From a virus (Duplodnaviria > Caudoviricetes), in IMG/VR virus record IMGVR_UViG_3300025892_000028, positions 1 to 52,751 of that record: DNA of 52,751 bases. One strand, given 5' to 3'. The notes beneath the pieces are model-generated. The model saw only the letters and a program-made list of their open reading frames with translations, did no database searches and was not told the origin of the DNA. Positions 8,301 through 20,000 of the stretch are shown piece after piece. The translations under genes and the position numbers were made by a program. How positions within the stretch are numbered: the stretch's first letter is position 1; each line of letters starts with the position of its first letter.

Positions 8301-8751
8301 AATTGAAGAGCATATTAAAGAGTGGATTAGTAAAATTTCCGAGTTTAGACCAGAACTAAACAATTTTGCTATCTGCCCTTTCTCTTCAACAGCAACTTAT
8401 AAGATTATTCAAGCACCTATTGACGATATCATGCCTTTAACTGGGTGTGATGTCGTCATTTTTGCTGTTGAAGACTATTTGGATGTCAATGCTATTCAAA
8501 TGTGGTGTGAAATTTATAACACTATTTACCCTGAATACATTTTTTTAGAGGATTGCGCTTATTCTCATACCTTCATTAATGGTATTCAGACAAATAATGC
8601 GAAATATAACTTACTCTTATGTCAAAGTAAGGAAAAATTGCGAAAAAGTCGTAAAATACTAGCAGAATCGGGATATTACGAGCATTGGAATGATGCAATG
8701 ATGAAAGAAATACTCGGAAAAGATTTTGATGTAGTAAACCACTATAAATAA
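8293..8751 (+). CDS. Hypothetical protein with an N-terminal ICPF motif (loosely DUF1415-like)
   Basis: W...LNNFAICPFS resembles the 'LNLCPFA' start of DUF1415-type proteins; 152 aa. Confidence 0.55.
   Translation: MSEIEEHIKEWISKISEFRPELNNFAICPFSSTATYKIIQAPIDDIMPLTGCDVVIFAVEDYLDVNAIQMWCEIYNTIYPEYIFLEDCAYSHTFINGIQTNNAKYNLLLCQSKEKLRKSRKILAESGYYEHWNDAMMKEILGKDFDVVNHYK
8743..8750 (+). promoter_or_regulatory. T4-type late promoter for gp25-gp6-gp7
   Basis: TATAAATA 20 nt before the gp25 ATG. Confidence 0.8.
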
Positions 8752-8770
8752 TTGAAAAAAACCATATCAA

Positions 8771-9175
8771 ATGGCATTAAAAGCATCAAGATCCTATAAG
8801 GACTTGAGTTTCACATTTAAAACCAACCCTCTCAGGAAGGATTTAAACCTTTTGAAGGATGAAAATGCGATTAAGAGGTCACTCCTTAATCTTTTTTCTT
8901 ACAGGAAGGGTGAAAAGTTTTTTAATGCTAGTTTTGGTAGTGGAATTCCTGAATTGTTATTCGATCCATTTGATTTTATTACTGCTGGATCAATAAAAAC
9001 TGAGATAGAAAATTTAATTACTTTATATGAACCCAGAATTAATCTTATTGAGGTAGTTTTGGATTTGAATGAAGATCAATATGAGTATGATATTCAAGTA
9101 ATTTATAGTATTCCTGATACAGATCCTCAAATCTTCACCACTTCGTTAACATTAACGTCATCATCAAAGATATAA
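8771..9175 (+). CDS. gp25: Baseplate wedge subunit gp25
   Basis: YKDLSF...AIKRSLLNL...GEKFFN..FGS...LF...YEPRI is the gp25/GPW signature. Confidence 0.93.
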   Translation: MALKASRSYKDLSFTFKTNPLRKDLNLLKDENAIKRSLLNLFSYRKGEKFFNASFGSGIPELLFDPFDFITAGSIKTEIENLITLYEPRINLIEVVLDLNEDQYEYDIQVIYSIPDTDPQIFTTSLTLTSSSKI

Positions 9176-9178
9176 TCA

Positions 9179-11029
9179 ATGGCATTCGCACAAGTTAGTT
9201 CCCTAGATTACGCTGATATCAAAGCCGCCTTGGTTGAATACCTGAGGCGAAATACTGATTTTACAGATTATGACTTTGAAGGATCAACACTGTCTTCTAT
9301 TGTTGACCTCTTAGCATACAACACTTATTACACTGCCTTCAATACTACGATGGCAGTTAACGAGAGTTTTTTGGCATCTGCCTCTCTAAGAGACAATATT
9401 GTAAAAGTTGCTAAACAACTTGGATACAGTCCAAAGTCAACAACTTCAGCAACAGCATTTCTTAAATTAAAAGTTGATTTTAGTAGTGTTGCTGCAATTG
9501 ACCAAAGATTGGTCCCATCATTCCTTACTCTCAAGAAGGGGAATTGTTTTGTTTCATCAAATCCTGAAAATAGAAACGAAACATATCAATTCTCGACATT
9601 AGAAGATATTGTATCTCCAGTAACGAATAATATTGCATATATTTCAAATGTTTCATCAGATCAGTTGCAGGTAACTGAAGGAATTTACTTAAAATTTAGT
9701 TATGCTGTAGATAATACAATTCCTAATCAAAAATTTATCATTCCTACTGCTAACGTGGACACTGAAAGTATTAAAGTAGCAGTAAGAGAAAATGCTGCTG
9801 CATCTAAAACTGAAGTTTTCACAAAAGTTGAGAATATCCTTGATGTAACAGCAGTTGATAAAGTATTTTTTGTTCAAGAGACTGATGATGCTAGATATGA
9901 ATTAATTTTTGGCGATGATGTATTAGGTAAGAAAGTTACTGACGGACAGATCGTTGAAATTACATATATTGCGTCATCTGGTAAGTCAGCAAACAAATTA
10001 AAGAATTTCGTTTTTTCCGGGGAAATTTATGATGAAGATTTGAATCGAGTTTTAACCGGTATTACAACAACAGTTATAGTTGGTTCCGAAGGTGGTGATG
10101 ATATTGAAGATAGTGAAGTAATCAGAAAAAATGCTCCTGCATTCTACTCCTCACAAAATAGAGCAGTAACACTAGAAGATTATAAGGTAATTACACAAAG
10201 ACTTTACTCATCAATTGCTGATATTATTGTATATGGTGGTGAAAATGAAGAACCACCTGAGTATGGTCGTGTAAAAATTGCTATTAAACCAAAATATAGT
10301 GATATTTTAAGTAATTCTACTAAAAGAGATATTATTAGCAAGCTTAAGAAGTATACAGTTGCTTCTGTTACTCCAATTATTGTCGATCCGTCAATTGTTG
10401 ATGTAGTTTTAAGAACTAAAATTTATTATAAGCAAACTGAGACTAATTTAACATCCGAGCAAATAAGAAATGTTGCTATTCAAAATTTAACGGAATATAG
10501 AAATACTAATAATATTAGTAAGTTTGGTGGGATTGTTAGAAAAAGTAAAATAACCACAGTTATTGATGCTTCAGAAAGTTCAATTGCAGGTAATGTTACT
10601 GAGTTTACATTAAGAAAGAAATTAATACCAGCACTTAATACTGTAGCCCAATATTTGTTGTGTTATGTAAATGAGTTCCAAACATCATGTGTTGGAAAAA
10701 CCACTATCACAAGTTCCAAATTCAGGACTGTAAATTATCCAAATGACGATTCATACATGGAAAATACTGAGGATGGTGCAATTAGAATATATACTATTGA
10801 TTCTGCTACTGCATCAAAGAAAATTCTAGTTGAAAATGCAGGAACTGTTGATTTTACTAATGGCAAAGTGAATATAAATTCAATTCAATTTATTAGCGGC
10901 AGTAATGAAGACAATGAAATCTTTATTAGTGCTACACCACTTAATGATGATGTGAGTGCGGTGAGAGAAGTATACTTAAATCTCTCAATAGAAGATAGCA
11001 TTCTCCAGGTATTCCAAGAAACAGCATAA
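9179..11029 (+). CDS. gp6: Baseplate wedge subunit gp6
   Basis: LDY..IK..L...FTDYDFEGS.LS...DLLAYNT.Y...NESFL.SA.LR...AKQLGY.P, YELIFGD and SQNRAVT..DY; follows gp25. Confidence 0.95.
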   Translation: MAFAQVSSLDYADIKAALVEYLRRNTDFTDYDFEGSTLSSIVDLLAYNTYYTAFNTTMAVNESFLASASLRDNIVKVAKQLGYSPKSTTSATAFLKLKVDFSSVAAIDQRLVPSFLTLKKGNCFVSSNPENRNETYQFSTLEDIVSPVTNNIAYISNVSSDQLQVTEGIYLKFSYAVDNTIPNQKFIIPTANVDTESIKVAVRENAAASKTEVFTKVENILDVTAVDKVFFVQETDDARYELIFGDDVLGKKVTDGQIVEITYIASSGKSANKLKNFVFSGEIYDEDLNRVLTGITTTVIVGSEGGDDIEDSEVIRKNAPAFYSSQNRAVTLEDYKVITQRLYSSIADIIVYGGENEEPPEYGRVKIAIKPKYSDILSNSTKRDIISKLKKYTVASVTPIIVDPSIVDVVLRTKIYYKQTETNLTSEQIRNVAIQNLTEYRNTNNISKFGGIVRKSKITTVIDASESSIAGNVTEFTLRKKLIPALNTVAQYLLCYVNEFQTSCVGKTTITSSKFRTVNYPNDDSYMENTEDGAIRIYTIDSATASKKILVENAGTVDFTNGKVNINSIQFISGSNEDNEIFISATPLNDDVSAVREVYLNLSIEDSILQVFQETA

Positions 11030-11030
11030 A

Positions 11031-14000
11031 ATGAATTTTAACAAATTAACTATCTCAGACTTAGTAGATCAGCAACTACCAGAGTTTGTTGTCAACGAAT
11101 TTCCTACATTTGTAAAATTCTTTGAGGAATACTATAAATCATTAGAATTATCTGGTGGTCTTCTTGATATCACCAATAATTTCCTTGATTATAAAAATAT
11201 TGATAATTTAAGAAAATATAATCTTGTTACTACCTATAAATTACAGCAACTAATTTCTGATACTGATGAAAGCATTGTTTTAGACAGTCTTGATGGTCTT
11301 CCTTCTGAAAATGGATTGATCAGCATAGGTAATGAGATTATTCTTTATGAGACAGTTAATTTATCGTCTAGAACGCTCTTAAATTGTAAAAGAGGATATA
11401 CAGCAACAACTAAGTTTGATGGCACTGCAACGACCGTAGAGAGCACTGTAGCAGCATCACACCGACCAGATGATACTGTCACAAATTTATCAAATCTTGT
11501 TCTATTTCTTATCTTAAGAAATTACGAACATCAATACCTTGCTGGGTTCCCATTCGAGAATATTTCTTCTAGTATTGATAAAGATACCTTACTTAGAAAT
11601 ATTAAAGATTTTTATAATTATAAGGGAACTGATATTTCCATTGAATTTTTATTCAGAGCTTTATTTGATGAAGAAATTACGGTAAAATACCCAAAAGATT
11701 ATGTAATCAAAGCTTCTTATTCAGATTTTACTGTTGATGATATTATTAAAGTAGAGGCAATTGAAGGAGATCCATATGATCTTATTGGAAATGAATTAAA
11801 ACAAACTGATGCTAGTGGAGTATTGACATCTAGTGCTGTAATTGATGAAATTTTAATTAACAATATTTCAAATTATGCTTCTGCCAATAAAAATGTTTAT
11901 GAGTGTAGGTTAAACGTTCTCAATCAACAATTTTTTCAAATTCCTAGAGAAAGTATTCTGAGAGGAGTCTTATCGTCTACGGATTCTGTAATTACTGTTG
12001 ATAGTACAATTGGATTTCCTCAGTTAAATGGAATTATCCAAATCGATGATGAAGTTATTACTTATCGATATAAAACGTTCAATCAATTTATTGATTGTGG
12101 AAGAGGTGTTTTTAATACTGTTGCTGTTAATCATGCAGATTTAAGTGATGTTAGAACTACCGAATTTCTTTTTGGTTATAGTGATGGTATAGAACTTGAA
12201 TCAAATAAAGTATCCATGAGGTTACTTGGTGTTTCTTCTAGTGTAACTGTAGATGATGGTGGTGCTTATTTCGAGGAAGCTGAAAAAGTAGATCTATCAC
12301 CTGATGGAGATATTGATTCTAGACCACAATTTACAACATGGATAAAAAATGAAGTTGGAACTCTCTCAAGTAGTTCTGATGTTCAGATAAACAATAATGT
12401 TGAAACTATTACCACTGAAATATCAAATATTTACAAAGATGATAATTATGTTTATCTTGTTTCTTCTGGACTTCCTGTTCATCCTATCGGATCGTTTATT
12501 GGAACCGGATTTAGAGTAAATAATCAAAATCTTTTAAAGTTAATTCCACTTTCAACTGAAAAAAATACTCAAACTCAATTTACTGGGAATAAAGCAGTTG
12601 GTTTGTTTATTAATGGCGTAGAAGCATTTAGTTCTCAGGATTATGAAGATATTTCATTCGGTAATATCGAAAGTGTTGAAATTATTCAAAAAGGATTTGG
12701 TTTCGAGAATGATATTCAACCCGTATTCAGAGTAGCGAATTCTACCGGCACAGGAGCTACATTTAATGCAAATATTATAGATGGAAAAGTATTTTCAGTA
12801 TCAGTAGTAGATGGCGGAAATGGATATACTCAAAATCAACCATTAGAAGTTACATATGGATTTGATGCCACTGCAACAATTGCTGATGATACACATATCA
12901 TCAATGGTTCTATTAGAACAATTACAGTAACTAATCCAGGTCAAGATTATGTTACCACACCTAATGTAGAAATTATTGATAGCACTGGTAAAGGAACAGG
13001 TGCTTACGCTATTGCTGAAATAACTAATAATCAGTTAACTGGTATTGTTGTTCTTAATGGAGGTGTTGATTACAGTGATAAAGATACTATCACTGTAAGG
13101 ATTGTTTCTAAAGGTACTGGTGTTGTTGCCAATGCTGTAGTTAAAAAATGGTCTTTTGATAGAGTATTTAAGACAAAAAACTCTATTGACATAAATGGTA
13201 ACTGGGCACCTGCACAAACAATTAAATCTGATACTGGTAACGGTTATCTATATCCAAGTAGAAATATTGCGTATAATCTTCAGTATGCATATCCATCAAA
13301 TCCAAAAATCCTTAGACATTCACTATCTGATAATGTTCAGGGTGTAAATGCTAACTACGATGAAAAAACATCTGGATTTGTTCACTCTCCTATTTTAGGA
13401 TGGGCGTATGATGGAAATCCAATTTATGGTCCTTATGGATATCTTACTCCAACCGTTCCTGCTAATGGTATTTCTAGACAAACCAGTTCTTATGTATTAA
13501 AAACTACTGCAGAAGCTACTAGACCTAACGTAGTAAAATATCCTTTAGGTTCTTTTGTCAATGACTATGAGTTCATTCAAGGATCTGGAAGTCTTGATGT
13601 CAATAATGGTCGTTTTTGCATCACTCCAGAATATCCCGATGGAAGATATTGTTACTTCATCACCGTGGATAGTTTTGGTGCTGGTGTTTATCCATATATT
13701 CTCGGAAAGACATATCATTCTGTTCCAGCAGAAAATAATTTCAATATTGAGTTTAATCAACAGAACGAAGATAATTTACCTAAAGATGCAAGAAGAATTA
13801 GAAGTTCTTCTACCCCAAGTAAAGGTTTTGATGCTATTTTATCAGTATCCAATGTAGAAAGAGGAACTATTGATAAATTTGTTGTTAATGAAAGTGAGAA
13901 TGTATTCAAAGTATTAGATTCTTTATACATCGATAATAACGATACTGAAGGTTCTAGGGCATTTGGTAGAGTTGAATCAGTTAAAGGTGAAAATGTAACT

Positions 14001-17000
14001 ACCGTATCATATCAAGTTGCTTCGGGATCTACTATTCCATCAACAAATGGAATTCCTGATGCCCCGTGGCCTTCTGAAATTAGTGCCCCTCAATATACAG
14101 ACACCAAATATGATATAACTGTAGAAACTTCAACACCACATTTATTATCTGATGATGATATTGTTACACTAGCATTAGATAGACAAGCAGTATCAGTAAC
14201 AAAAACTTTTAAAGTAAGAGTATCTAATTATCAGACAGTACATTACACACCTCCTGTTGTTGAAAGTTTCTTAGTTGTTGATGTTGCTTTCAACCAAACA
14301 ACTATTAACGTAGATAACTCTGATGATTATAGAGAAAATGATTATTTGAAAGTTAATGATGAAATTTTAAAAATTGTATCTATTGATTACAATTCAGATC
14401 AAATTACCGTCGAAAGGACTCAATTTGGATCTCCATTAAGATTACATGCAGCTACTAATAAAGTAGAACTTTACATACCTGATGATCAACCAGATTATAG
14501 ATTAACTGAGGGGTCGGCAATCACAAGTAGTGGTGTTTCAGGAACAATTTATAATATTGATAAGGAAAATTCTTTTATTGAAGTGAGAGTTGGTTCAGGC
14601 ACGCTTACAAATTCAAGTGTTCTTACAGATACATCTTCACCAACAGGAAGAACTATTAATGTGAGTAGTGTAACTAATACTGAGATTTATTGGGAATTTG
14701 ATCCTACTGGAACTGGTAATCATTATGTTCGCGATTTATCTTTTAGATTAATTAGGGGAACTCAATATATTTTTGATACTAGCGATGGAAGTATTTTTGG
14801 GAATAGTTTAATTTTCTCCGAAGATTCAGCAAATATCAATACTGTCACAGGTGTAACATCTGTTGGAACTCCAGGCACTTCTGGATCATCAGTAACTATC
14901 ACAAAAGATGCATTGCTGAACTTTGATGTTTCTAGAATATATTATTATGAGCAAAACGGTCAAATCCTCAATAATAAAACATTTTTCCCAGTCCTCACAT
15001 TTCCTGATGGCGTCAAAACAATCAAAGTTGTTAATGACAATAGTTTTAAGTTCACTATTCCCATTCAACCTGAAGAGACTACTTATACAAATTTAGTTTC
15101 ATATACTACAACTTCAGGAACTAGTATTGGTGCAATTAATACTGTTGCGGTAGTTGATGGTGGCGAAGGATATAAAAAACTTCCAAATATTTCTGGAATT
15201 ATCCATACTGAATTAGATGCAGCAAAATTGTCATATTCAATTACTGGTGGTTCATTTGATGATACATTCAGTGTTTTAAATCCAGGAAATAGATATTCAA
15301 GTAATACAAAAATTATTGTCAATACTCTCACTGGTAGTGGAGCAGTTTTAACACCAACAATTGTTGGGGGCAAAATACTTTCGGTAAAGGTTACTGTTGC
15401 TGGTAAAGGATATGATGAAAATGATACTATTTCAATAATTGATACTGGTGCCAAAATTTTCCCAATCAGTGATAGTATTGGCAGAATTAAAACTATTAGA
15501 TTTAATAATAGTGGAAGTCAGTTTAATCCTGATAGAACATTCTCTAAATCTTTAGTATTCAAACAAAAAGTAATTATTACTGGTATTACTGGCGGTGTTT
15601 ATAAACTTTCAGAAAATGTAACATCTTCAGGTGGATTATCCGCTAAGATTGAAAAAATAAGAGAAATTGGTGTTGATATTTACTTACTTGATTTAAAAAT
15701 TAACTCAGGAACTCCTAAAGTAGGTGATACACTTACTGGTTCTGTTTTACAGGTAACTTCTACAATTTACTCGGTGACAAATCCAGATATTATTGGAAAT
15801 ATTTCTGGATTTATTTCAAAAGTTGGTTTCTTTGATTCTGATTTAGGTAAAATTAGTGCTTCATCACAAAAAATTACTGATAGTTATTATTACCAAGATT
15901 TCTCCTATGTTATTAGAAGCACAAAATCTCTAAGTGATTATAAAAAATATGTTGATGAAACAACACATCCACTTGGATTTAAATTATTTGGTGAAGTATC
16001 TGTAGAGAATGATGTTGACTTTGATGATACTGTAACAGGAAACCCATTCAGTATCGGTCTTGCTGACGATCATTCTGCCAATGAAGTTATTATTACATTA
16101 CCTAATGTAAATGTAGAATCAGATATTGTTTTCAAAAAATATGAAATTTCTAGACTTAATACAGCTAATTTAAAAGCCTATCGTGGTATAGGAGCTGCTC
16201 GTCTTAATTTCTTGGATAATCAAATTGAAGCAGTGCAAATGGCAGATCTTTCTGCAGATCTTGATGCTAGCACTCAAACATATACCTTGACGACACAGGA
16301 TGGTAATTTCCCATTAGATACTTTTAATACATCCATACTTCTTTCATTGAATGATGTATTCCAAGAACCATTCCAAACATCTACTGTAAGTGGAATTAGT
16401 TACTCTGGTGGAATTGCAACTATTACTACTGCTACAGATCATAATTTAGCAACTACATCAGTAGGTCAAACATATCCAAATCAGAAATATATTCATATCT
16501 CTGGTGTAACCAATACTGGCAATTTAAATTTTAATGATCAATTTGAAGTATATGATGTACCATCAACAACGTCAATTAGAGTTCTTTTTGATAATCCAAA
16601 CGGTTATTTGACAAATAATGATCCTGCAGTTTGTGCTGATGTTCAAAGTACTATTGAGAGTCTAGTTGGAATTTTAACGTATTATTTAAATAATCCATCT
16701 GATGCACTTCCTACAAATAACACAGGTATTTGGTTGGATGAAGATCAGTCAACTGTTGTTAGTGCCAATAGACATAGAGATGGTGCTGATTTAATTGATC
16801 TCAATAGATTTGAAATTATTGATAGAGCTAATGCAGAAATTTCTTTAGAGTATCCTGATTTCTACTATCCAAACGATACTCAGACCACCGGATATAGCAG
16901 ACAGAAAGATGCTTATAGATTAATTCAGCAAAACCGTAAAGAATTGATCGACAGAGGTGCTGCTGAAATTGCAGTTCAATATCCTGATTTTGTATATCCT

Positions 17001-20000
17001 TTAGATCCTGCTACTGCAAGTGATTATCGTTTCAAGGATGCTTACAGACTTATTCAGCAAAATAGAACTGAGATCATTGATAATGCTTGGACAACTATGC
17101 AGGGTGGATCAAATCCTGCAGATGCTGCTGTAGAAACTAAGTGTAAACGTGATATCGGATTGTTTATTGATTATACTTCACTTGACCTGGTTAATGGTGG
17201 TAACGAGTATGCACGTAAATTCGCGTTACAGTATTTTGACGGTGCTGGAAATCCTCTTACGAATGGATTACTTGGTGAGGAGTTAGCATCAGTTGATGGA
17301 TTTACTGCTGCTAAGGATAATATGATCCTTGCATTTACCAATCAACTTACAATTACTGATACTACGATCACTGCAGATCCTGCTGGTGCTCCTTTATGTG
17401 CTAACGTAACATCTGCTATTACAGTTCTTGCTGGTATTGTAAATGATGCTATCACAGCAGGATCTACTGCTGGTCTTCCAACAGAAACTATCGGTGCTGA
17501 TACTACTGGCGAAGCAAAATGTAAGCGCGATCTTGGATTGTTTATTGATGCCGTATCACTAGATGTTCATACTGGTGGTAATGTATATGCTATTAAATTC
17601 CTCAAAAAATATTTTAATGCTCAAGGAACATCATTTATCTCAAATGGTCTTTCCGGTGAAATTCTAGAATCTAATACTGCATTCAATAAAGTAAGAGATT
17701 TGATGAAGCAAGCAATTGTAAATCAACTTCTCGTTAAGGATCTTACTATTACTGCTGGTAATGCTAGTTACTGGGGGAATGCAGTTGGAACACCGACAAA
17801 TGTAACCTATGATGCTAATACTGGCGTCTCAGTTATCACGATTGCTAATCATGGATTATCTAATGGTGAAGATGTTAAGATCAGAGATAATGGTTTGACA
17901 TTTACCTGTGAAATGGATGGGAACGTTAAAGAAAAATCTTATCCAAGACTTCTTGATGGCAATTCAAATACAGCAATGTCTGTTTCTAATGTTACTACAG
18001 ATACATTTGAAATCAATGTTGGCACTTCACCTATTGTAAATTTCAATGTTAGTGATGCTACTTACACTCCTTCTACGGGAGATGTTGAGATTAACATTGG
18101 CACTCACTCATTACGTGCAGGAACATCCATTAAACTTGCTGACGAAGCACTTACATTCACCTGTGATTTTGACAACAATCAAACTCAGCATAGTTACCCC
18201 AAGACTGCTATCTTAAGTGAAACTGTTACAGATGCCTCTTATGATCCAGTACTTGGTGTTCTTACTGTTACTGTTAAAAATCATGGATGGGAAAACGGAG
18301 ATCTTATTAAATTTGATGATGACTCTCTAGTCTTTACTTGTGGAATGGATGGAAATGCTACTAACCACCCATACCCTCGTTCTACTGATCCATTCAGTGG
18401 TAAGTGGATACCCATTTACGCTGTAACAGGAAATACTTTTAGGGTTGCGGTAGGAGTTTCAACTAATACTTCTACACATACATTTGTTAGTGCAGTCGAA
18501 GACGGATTGAAGAAGAAAAAAGATAAGACATACGATACTGCTGTAAATATTGTCACAGTCACAGCAGATACAATTACCATTAACGTAGGTAGTTCAACGG
18601 ATACATCAGCACATACATTTATTTCTGCTGTTCCGAATGCTGTTATTTCTGGTGCTGATTATCAGCATACATTCATAAGAGCAGTAACCGATGCCATTGT
18701 AAGACCTGTGGTCAATTCTCCTGTTTCAAATAACAGTAATGGTGCATGTGCTGACATTAAATCAAATATTAATGATCTTGTCGAAATCGTAACACTATAC
18801 TTAACACAAGGATCGTTAACTTTCCCAAATGCTCTACCAGCACAATCCATAAGAGTTCCTTCTGCTGGCGAAGCAAAATGCAAGAGGGATTTAAGTTTAA
18901 TTGTTGATGCTGTTATTGGTGATATGAGAACAGGTGGTAATTCCAACATTAGAAGTTCTACTGAAAAATATTTGGATGGAGCTGCTTTATTAAGTAATGG
19001 TCTTGCGGGTGAAATAAATGAATCTATCACTGCTTTCAATAAGGCAAGGGATCTGATGAAACTTGCTATCGCTAACCAACTTTATATTCAAGATTTAACT
19101 ATCTTACCTGATTTCCTTACTACTTCAGGAACTATTGAGGCATCGAGTCTCACTAATTCTATTTTCACCGAAGGTCAGTTTGAATATTCTAATGCGATAC
19201 TTAAACTATATGAAACTGTGGCAGAAGGAACTGTATTCCATAGTACTTTCTTCAAATTTGTTTCCGCTGGAGATGATAATCGATATTCATATAAAGTAAA
19301 AAATATCTTGTTTGATGGTGTTAGCAAGAACTACCCTCTATATAAAATTAATGGCACTAATGTCACTACGGAGGCAGATGAAAATCTATTAGTGTTTATT
19401 GATGGTGTTCTTCAACTTCATGGAGAATCTTATACCATTGATAGAAGTGTAAATCCCAATGTAATTAAATTTACTGATGTAATAGAAAAAGACAGACACT
19501 TCTTCTCGTATACATTCAGTAAGTATAAAGTCTTAAACAATTTTGCAGACAAATTTAATTCTAGTGCAAAATCATTTGAATTTGCGTTTGGAGAGGACAA
19601 CATTCTTCCTCCAGATGATCATCAAATGTTGGTGATGCTTGATGGTATTCCTCAAGTAGAAGGATCTTCATACACTATTGTTGATAACGTAATTACATTT
19701 ACTGAAGCACCTACTACAGGGAAAAGATGTTTTGTATTATATTTCTATGGAAAAGTCTTCGATAAAACTATTTCAATTTGGAATGGTGAAGTATTTGAAA
19801 ACTTAGAATATATTGGTCAGAACAGTCCTGAAGGATGTCAATATTTAAGTAAGGTTGCGAATACCGGAGATATTATTAAATCTGGGGATAAGATCAGAAT
19901 TGATGGTGAATCAGTCAAAGAAATTATTAGAGTTGAAGAAAGAGCACTTAAGAATACTGACAACTTAGTTTACACCGCATTAGTATACACCGATAATTCA

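Noticed and set aside
8086-8313. 75-aa minus-strand ORF from the track
   Set aside because: The plus strand has a consensus promoter and coupled 47-aa and 32-aa ORFs that explain the region better.
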